Source: Lytechinus pictus (taxonomy: Eukaryota). Taken from it: a stretch of DNA of 60,000 nucleotides. The notes beneath the pieces were generated by a model. The model was not told where the DNA came from. It worked only from the letters and a program-made list of their open reading frames with translations, and searched no databases. Both the position numbers and the translations under genes were made by a program. The stretch is from the NCBI RefSeq assembly GCF_037042905.1, contig NC_087246.1, positions 2,978,001-3,038,000 of the forward strand, read 5' to 3'. Shown in pieces: positions 51,759 to 60,000 of the stretch (position 1 is the stretch's first letter; each line of letters opens with the position of its first letter).

Positions 51759-52350
51759 CTATTAAATACACGAAACAAAGATGTTAGTGGACATGATCAT
51801 GAATGCTAACACCAAGAAACAAAAGCTCAAGAAGACAGGAAAGAATGGATATGGCGGACTTTTTCTGCACTGGACATGTCACACTGCCATAACAGTCATT
51901 ATTATGATAACTCGAAACAGATTGTATTTAATTATGTTCGGGCATGTAGGTAGCAAATGAAATAAATTTACAAGAACATACATACAAGGGTCTTTTGAAA
52001 GAGTGCACTCATACTTAATTTAAATGGGGGTGATGGATAAATCGACTGTTATAAAGTATAAATAATGATGATAAAAAGAATGGAAGATAATTATATCAAT
52101 ATAACCATGAAGAAATGTGGGGAAAGTTGTAGAGCCAATAAACTTTTCCCATTTAACCAGAAAGATCAAGTGTCCTTTATTAAGAATATGCTAAGTACAT
52201 ACATGTATATAAAACGAAATCTCCAAATTGCTTATTATACTACATTTATTGACAAAACATGCATCATGATATGAGGGACACTATAAACGGAGAATTTGTA
52301 ACAAAAGTTTACAACTTTTAACTTGCAAAATAAACTATATTCATACGAAC

Positions 52351-52475
52351 CTTTGGTTGTGCAACTAGATAACGGAAGAGCTCGCCAATGTACATGAACA
52401 TTGTGACGTCATTTTTACGGCAATCACTCCAAAAGTTAGAAGCAGAGAATTTGCGTCGCAGTACACAGGTTGCCC
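52351..52475 (-). CDS. SLC27A/FATP exon ([42 protein letters not shown])
   Basis: KFSASxFW and YIGE motifs; GT-AG junctions, 125 nt. Confidence 0.95.
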
Positions 52476-52917
52476 CTGATTATATAAGATACAATCGATT
52501 TATAGGGGGTTAAAATAAAAGAGCAAAGATGTGAAAGAATTGCTGAATGCAAAAGTATTAATAGTTTCACTTCAACTACTTCATAACACAAACATTTCAG
52601 AGTAGGTTATTTGACAAGTTTGTTTATTCATGTGTGATTTGCTTGATTTGTCACACTTGCAGAATGTGTTCAATTTTCTCCATTTTCAAGAATCGTTCAT
52701 TTTAATCACATTTTAAAGGTGCACACATTTAGGCGGTCAAAGTGAATTCCACAACATGCTTTTCCAATCATCAGTCATCCTCCACATTCATCTTCGATGC
52801 ACTAATTGGTCTTTTACACGTAACCACCAGAACTGATTCCCCACTTTTCAAACGTTGAATATGCATTATGTCATATATGTTAAGAAACCAATGAGTCTCA
52901 AAATATCTTGTAATTAC

Positions 52918-53076
52918 CTGCGTTGATGATGTTACTCAGACCAATAAACAATGCTGATACATGGTAGAGGGGTAAGGTAAGATACATGACATCATCATTG
53001 TTCATTTTGAAGGTTTCAAGCATGAATCCACCTGCTAACATCTTGTAATGGGACAGGCGGGATGCCTTGGGTAATC
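52918..53076 (-). CDS. SLC27A/FATP exon (LPKASRLSH...YLTLPLYHVSA)
   Basis: GLPK and LPLYH motifs; GT-AG junctions, 159 nt. Confidence 0.95.
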
Positions 53077-53605
53077 CTGTCATTGATCATTGAGAAACAA
53101 AACAAAATATTGTCATCAATACGATATATAATTCCTGTTTTTAACAACAGACCTATATATAGGGTTACTTCGGTTGCATTATAAAATTATAGGCCTACTT
53201 CTCTCTCCATATATATTATTCTTAAAAAGGAGTTTATCAGAGCAAAATTCCCATATAAATATGTGTTATTAACGGTGTTGATCATTTTGTTGTAATATTT
53301 GTTAAAACGTTCATATACGGTGTATACGACCATTAGGTCCATGATACAAAATGTTTTCAATTTGTGTCGGCGCACGACCTCAAACCTCTCACGGTATTAG
53401 TCTTTACCTGAATCAATTAAAATGAATGTGGTCCGATAACTCCTATTTTGTTTGTTGTATATTACTTATATTACAGTAACCAATTACTTAATGGCACTCA
53501 CCACAGGGTTTTCCCCTGACGTGGAGATGTTAAGCCAGGACATTTAAAATGTTATGTTTGTCTTTATTTATTTGTTTACTTGATAACGACTACTACTTCA
53601 CCCAC

Positions 53606-53800
53606 CCGTTGTTCCAGAGGTGTAGATGTATGCTAGAGAGTCTCGAATGTTGAGGCCATTTCTGACGTCACGGGTTGGGTTAAGGTCATCCTCAGAACGT
53701 TCTTCTGGAACAGGGAATTCTGGGTCTAGGTGCCACACCGAAATTTGCCTCTCTTTTAAGTCTGACATAACCTCATCCAGGGCTTGCTCTGTTGATTTAC
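53606..53800 (-). CDS. SLC27A/FATP exon ending in the AMP-binding motif YIYTSGTTG
   Basis: tgcag| acceptor, G|gtggg donor, 195 nt. Confidence 0.93.
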
Positions 53801-55522
53801 CTGCATGCATTTAGGGCACAAGAAGAACGGTGAAACGAAGAGAAATTGACGAAATTTTTAAGATGTAAAAAGAAATTACTCGGGGAATTCAGGGGAAAGG
53901 AACTTTTCATGGTTTCAAAATCTGCCAAGCGTTTTTTTTCCTTCGTGTTTCTTTTAAAGTTATCTTTTTATTTTGAGCAAATAATGGCGGTGAGGTGGGG
54001 TACCATTTGTACCAGCCTCTTACTGCATCAGTTTGGGTATCATCTTACTCTGACGTATTAACTCCCGTATGACCATAATTATGGACCTACTGGTATGACT
54101 AGAGACAATAGTGAGAAAAGCGAGGGAAAAGGATCGATTTGAGAAAATGATGACCAAAATTTCATTAAGAGATGGAAACGTAAAACAGGTAAAGGATCGA
54201 TTGACAAATAAAAACGAGATCAGATCAGATGAAATAATTTAAACAGTTACGATAAACTGATAAATGAAGCAAGCATAAATTATGGTTAAATGGGATGATA
54301 GATTGAAACACCATGGAGCTACTATAGCTCCATTGAAAACTTGGCAGATGATGTCCGAGTGAAACCATTATCATCAGGTTGAGTTGTGAGCCCTGCATGG
54401 TCGTAAATAAGCGAGGTTATTTCGAGCATGTTCCATTCCCAAACGAAACCCTCAACGGGCAAATGTATAAGCATACACTCAAAGAATGCATACCCGCCAA
54501 CACCACAATCATTGTTATTATTGTTATTATCAAAAGATAAGTTGGCGCACTGCCTCGCATCTTTTGCATCGTTTACGTCAGTCTTGAACTCGTGGTAGTA
54601 AGTTCAACCAGAGAAGTGGGAATTAAAACACGAATACCACGCCTATATAGCTGTCACTCAAATGGGTAATAAATTTTCCCTGCATGGTTTCATCTTCATG
54701 GAGCAATTCAATCCTCTAATTGCTCACTTCAATCAAAAGAAATACATTAATCTTCTGTGAAACTTCTTATTTAGCGCGCTTAGAATGCGCCAGTGTTAAA
54801 GCCGAGAGAGTCCAAGGCCCCAAGGGATATTCTACGAATTGCTTCAAAGAAAAATACAGTCCTCGAGTTATTTCTAGGTGGATAGTGACAGAAGTCACTG
54901 AGGAGTTTCTCGGTATGTCTGAACTTTTGGATGAACTCCTTGAAGCTGACAATGGGACAACAAAACATAAATACCCTATCTCTAAGAAATCTTCCCAGGG
55001 TCCAAGAAATCCAGTAGAAATACGCGGCAGAGTCATCATCAGAGGGTGTAACGTAAACATATATGATAACTTGTTGTATTCGGTGTACAAGTAATTATGT
55101 TTTTTTAGAAGATCATATTTATCAAATTCAATTTTCCAGTTAATGAAAATATTATATACCATACACTTCTATCCTCAGTCTCAGACTTTATCCTAATTTG
55201 AAATTCAATGCACTGTCTGTTTCGATCTTTACTTTTGAATTAAAAAAAAAGAAAAAAAGACCAATCGAAATGAAGAGAGAGAAGAAAAAAAAGCGGATCC
55301 GAGAGGAAAGCATGCTGAAACGGTGTTATTATGGTTGATAATGTTAATCTTGATTATGGATTCTTTCCAATATGTTCAACATATAAAATATGTTTAATAA
55401 TGAGATTGGTGTATTCACTGTATTGCCATTATTTGGAATGCATTATCCATTTCACATTCAAATATGATCGAATCTTTCGCATTTGCATAACTTTGTTCAT
55501 TAACGTTGGTCTTAGAGCCCAG

Positions 55523-56570
55523 GTGGGTGTTTCATAAAGCTGTTCGTAAGTTAAGAGCGACTTTAAGAACGACTGGTGATCCTTTCTACCCCCGTCACAC
55601 TTATTCGGAATCAACAGGAATCGAGCAGAAGCTGGAAAGAAAAAATATTCAAAAAATCTAGAAATTTTTGGGAGGAACTTATGAATTCATCAAACTGGAG
55701 TTGAAATTCAGTAAATTGACCAGGGGGGCGTTTCATCAACATTTTCATCCGACATGTTGTCAGATCTGACATCTTTCCTTGATTCTGATTGGCTGAGAGG
55801 CACTGTTACTATGGTAACTGTCGGATAAAATTGGACTTGTCGGATAAAACGTCCGACAAGTCCTTTCATGAAATGCTCCCCTGGTGTATCATCATACACT
55901 AGTCAAAATGAACCGCAATGGAGTCAGATTGATAATTCGTGCTACGTTCTTGGACATTTATAGGGGCATTCTAAATATTCTGACTGCATTCTGAGTGCAT
56001 TCGAAATATTTTTGTCATTTCTTTTGGCCGTCCCGAAGGTTTTGGTCATGTTCAAAACGTGGAGCGTTGTGGCCCAGTGGATTAGTCTTCGGACTTTGAA
56101 ACAGAGGGTCGTGGGTTCGAATCCCAGCCATGGCGTAATTTCCTTCAGCAAGAAACTGATCCACAATGTGCTGCACTCAACCCAGGTGAGGTAAATGGGT
56201 ACCGGTAGGAAGTTATTCCTCAAGAAGCTGTGTGCGCTATGAACGCCTAGCTTAGCCGGGTAATATAGGAGCGCCTTGAGCACCTAACAAGGTGGATATG
56301 TGCGCAATATAAATACCCTATATTATTATTATTATTAAAACATTCGAGGGGTATTCTCGAACGATGTTGGAAGTATATTTAAATGACCAATTGGTGGTCA
56401 AACAATAGTCCTTTCATTCAGGCCAATTCTGCTTGATTCGGAATAAGTGTGATGGGGGCTTTCTTGTGGTAAATGGTATATTCATTGGCGATGGTTTAGC
56501 GCGTAAGAAAGGATCACCAGTCGCTCTTAAAGTCACTCTTAACTTACGAACAGCTTTATGAAACGGCCCC
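55523..56570. mobile_element. Copy of the 91-271 MITE split by a CCCCCGTCACACTTATTCGGAATC-ended element (55588-56459) that contains a further MITE (55720-55884) and a SINE
   Basis: The two halves rejoin at GATCCTTTCT|TGTGG; inner TIRs are visible. Confidence 0.8.
56061..56337 (+). mobile_element. tRNA-derived SINE
   Basis: A box TGGCCCAGTGG, B box GGTTCGAATCCC, core CACTCAACCCAGGTG..AAATGGGTACC, (ATT)n tail. Confidence 0.9.
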
Positions 56571-57307
56571 CGATGGGTATTTTTCTTGCCATCAGATTGT
56601 CAAAATCAAAGTGCTAACATATTATTAGATTAAATGCAATACTGAAGTGTGTGACGAAAATTCAATCTAACGTGAAGTTCAATAACTAAGAAGAGAGATG
56701 AGACAAATGATAATAAAAAGATCTACTGTTTCTTGACATCCTTTGCTCCCCTATATCCATCCCCCATCTCCCTCGCTTTCTCCGAGTATGATGTGGGTGC
56801 TATGATTACGGTATAGTATAGGGGTTAACGTAATTCGACCATATAATCGTGAAGGAATGTTGGAATCATGAACTTTGTCAGATGTGTCGAACAAAAGCAA
56901 GACATTATTGTGAAATGAAAATGAAAAATCTGCCTATACAGTGCGTATCAAATAAAAGTTAACACTTTGAAAAAATCCTGTAAAATTACACATTTGTAAT
57001 ATCCTGAAGATTTTTCCACTTTTTAACATTGGTACAGATCCATTTAAACAAATTATGATATAACTGTCAAAAAATATTTCCGCTTGAGTGAGCACCACTT
57101 ACTTTTGGAGGGTATTCTGGGAGCTTAATAAATTTTCGACGTTGGTTTTTGCCTATATAGTGGGCAGCCTTATCAGATAGTCCCCCGCCCCTCTCCCTCT
57201 CGCCCTAAAAAAAATCTCAATATTATGCGACGGAGCGTAGCAACCGATTAATTCAAAATGCTTGAGAATGTTTTGCATAACCCATGCAGGCCCTAAAGGG
57301 TGTTATA

Positions 57308-58260
57308 CAGTGCCTATCAAAAAAAAGTTTACCTTTAGAAAAAATCCTGTAAAATTATACATTTGTAATATCCTGAAGATTTTTCCACATTTTAACATTG
57401 GTACAGATCCATTTAAGTGAGCACCACTTACTTTTGAAAAGTTAGTGAAAATGATTTGCACAGAACTTTGAAATAGTTATGCGAATAAAAGTAGACCTTA
57501 ATCATGAAGAACACGTGGAATTTAGCTAGTGAAATTGATTTGAAGATATCTTATACATTTTAAAACTTGTTTCCTTGCCCAAAAGACTTCGAAGAGTGCA
57601 TTGCGCCCCACCACACTCCCCCACACAACGAGGCCATCGAGACGTTATTTGCTTTACACTGAGCTGTGATTTACATGAAAAGGCTAATGCTTGATTTTCA
57701 TTTAGTTAATCATTGTCAAGTTTGGGAAAAGTGTGGAGAAACAAGTATTAAATCAAAAATGAAATGTAAACCCACTTTAAATGATAAAAACATAGTGAAA
57801 CAATGCTGGAGATGTCTGATATAAACTTTTGTTCAGATTCAGTTTTGTCCTCAGATCCAGCTGGCACAAAAAGGGTAAAGATTGTGCTTACTAATAGTAA
57901 ATGTAAAAAATCTCAATTTGGGTGGCAAAATTGTTACAAAATGCTTGAATGTATCCGTTTTATTTCAATTGACTAAAAGTGCAAGGGAAACGTATGAGAA
58001 ATGTTTCGCAGGGTAAGTTTGATTTCGCCCTTTCCCCTTGACACAGCGTGAAAACGAGCATTTCTGCGCAAACAGATTTCTACAAGCTTTACAAAAAAGG
58101 ACAGTGCTCACTCAAGTATAACATTTAGTCAAAACTTTTACTTTCATTGGATAGATGAGACCCAAACCCAAGATTATAAGTGAAAGAATTACCCACATGT
58201 TGTATATTTTTTAATTCCCAGGGCTTTTCCAAAGTGTAAACTTTTTTTTGATACGCACTG
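57308..58260. mobile_element. Non-autonomous Tc1/mariner-like element; extra left-end copy at 56939-57107
   Basis: TA|CAGTGCCTATCAAAAAAAAGTTTAC ... GTAAACTTTTTTTTGATACGCACTG|TA. Confidence 0.82.
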
Positions 58261-58988
58261 TATATTGCAACATTATACCACACTCTGCCAACAGTACAAA
58301 ATTGAATTCTTATGGAAAGCTGTCATTGAAATAATAGGGGCCTGGGAAAGATTTTTAAAGATTGGGTGCTGGTTTGTTATAACAAGCAAACCATTTTTTT
58401 AGATTACTCCTAAATGAAGATAATTTTGGTCAGAAAAAAAATTGACAGGCAAAAAAAGGGGTTTTCGCTCCCAAATCCAAACTCTCTACATTTTAGCCCC
58501 TTATAGCATGCCAATCTGATTTCCAGGGAGCGCTGCGTATATGGTGCATAACCTAAGACTGACCCCTATATAGAAAAGCACCCCCGCATCATCAGGGCCA
58601 TGTGAAATTGTGCCCAATCTTGCCACGCCCTATTAGATCTCGTATACCAGCTCCATGGTACTACTATCATCACACTATCTTTGATGTAGACTATGGTGGA
58701 ATGACTTCCTCAGTCGCTGCATCGCCTTCACTTTGAAATCAATGACCATAATTAAATTCGACAGTTTTATCATAAGGTATTTCAAGTCTAAAGCAAAGAC
58801 TCGTCTTTTAATGTAACAGTTCTTGATAACACAAACTCATTCTTTCTACTTTTCTTGTGTTTCTGGGACTAGAAGTCGCTATAAAATAATGAATTCCCGG
58901 TTCATTATGATTATCGTCGTTCTAAAAGGGGGTAGGCCTATATAATATTAAGACATGGCAAAATAAATTCAAGTTCAATGAATCCTAC

Positions 58989-59148
58989 CTGCTACTGTAA
59001 CAAGAGTATTTGCTTCACTGATCTGCAAGCAATGTAATAATGATTTAGATCGTAGGTTAACATTCAAGAGAGCACAAGTCACACCGAGTTTGCAGAAACC
59101 AAGTAGTGTCCATATGAATGCAGGTTCGTTCCCGATGAAAAACGCCAC
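58989..59148 (-). CDS. SLC27A/FATP very-long-chain acyl-CoA synthetase exon (VAFFIGNEPAFIWTLLGFCKLGVTCALLNVNLRSKSLLHC...); upstream exon(s) outside the window
   Basis: FATP N-terminal AMP-binding-domain motif; atcag| acceptor, CAG|gtagg donor, 160 nt. Confidence 0.9.
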
Positions 59149-60000
59149 CTGATAATAAAGAGAAGACAAAATTATACGAGTGGAATAGAACTGAGGGTAT
59201 TTCGTACCCGAAAAAACTTTGACAGAAAAAATCATTAATTTCAAGAGGCATTTTTACATTACAAATATTTAATTTTGCTTCTTAAGGGGGGGGGGGGCAC
59301 GTGCCCCCTGTGCCCCCCCCCCCCCTGGATCCGCGCCTGAATATTCGGGTATTCTAAATTATTACTGTACAAACAAATCCCCACATTTTCCGCCTTAAAG
59401 TATTCAAAGAAACGAATACAAGTGTACACATTTCTAGAACGAACTCCAAGAAAGGTCAACGATTCATAGGTTTTCACTGGTCCCATCATTTGGAATTCTC
59501 AATGTCCTTTTAAAAGCAGTCGAAGATCAAAATTATTCATTGTTACGTTGCAAAGTGCTTCGAGCAATATCTGTAAAAGTAAGAGACTTTATAAATCACT
59601 TATTCATAGAATGCTATTTATTCTAATCGGCGGCTTTCAATTAAAAATCCATGATAATGAAAGAAACTGTACTATTTAGAAATCTTGTGTAGCTATATAG
59701 CAAATCAAAAGCATGTTATCAACAAAATAATGATGTTAGATGAATTTTGGCGCGCATCGGGATAATGTTAGTGTCCGGTCGAAAATTAAAACAAAAACGG
59801 TAAAGGCAAAACAAATTATTGGTTGAATGTACAATTATTTTGATTAAGTCCCCCCCCCCCCCCCTCACAATAAAAAAATACATGAATATATACATTAATA
59901 AAATGAAATTATAAAAAATTTGTATACATTCTACCATCAGAGTGGTTATTTAGACCTATTATTTTTTAAGAGAAAGGAGATTGAGGAATTCAAATGCAAT

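Noticed and set aside
56061..56135. tRNA gene
   Set aside because: A and B boxes are present, but the acceptor stem is not closed and the sequence runs into a SINE body and (ATT)n tail.

Overview
AT-rich animal genomic DNA. An echinoderm (probably sea urchin) origin is inferred from the repeat and SINE types, not proven. Three spliced protein-coding genes are readable with canonical GT-AG junctions and consistent exon phases. (1) A Rab34/Rab36-family GTPase on the minus strand: ATG at 17923, six coding exons down to 582, 3' end beyond the left edge. (2) Ribosomal protein L23a (uL23) on the plus strand, complete: five coding exons 37491-45051, 178 aa, with a TCT/TOP start. (3) An SLC27A/FATP very-long-chain acyl-CoA synthetase on the minus strand: nine exons 59148-48877, 5' end beyond the right edge. 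Rab34 and RPL23A are head-to-head, as in human, but here ~19.5 kb apart. The spacer and introns are packed with non-autonomous DNA transposons whose TIRs and TSDs can be read directly. These include a 5.4 kb IS3EU-like foldback with ACGT minisatellite arms and nested hAT/EnSpm-like elements, an 8.7 kb Academ-like element with ~1.1 kb TIRs carrying a 209-210 bp satellite, a ~790 bp palindrome, a four-level nest in RPL23A intron 1, a 1447 bp tandem duplication and a tRNA-derived SINE. No transposase ORF, CRISPR array or convincing snoRNA was found. TE superfamily labels are inferred from termini and TSD length only.
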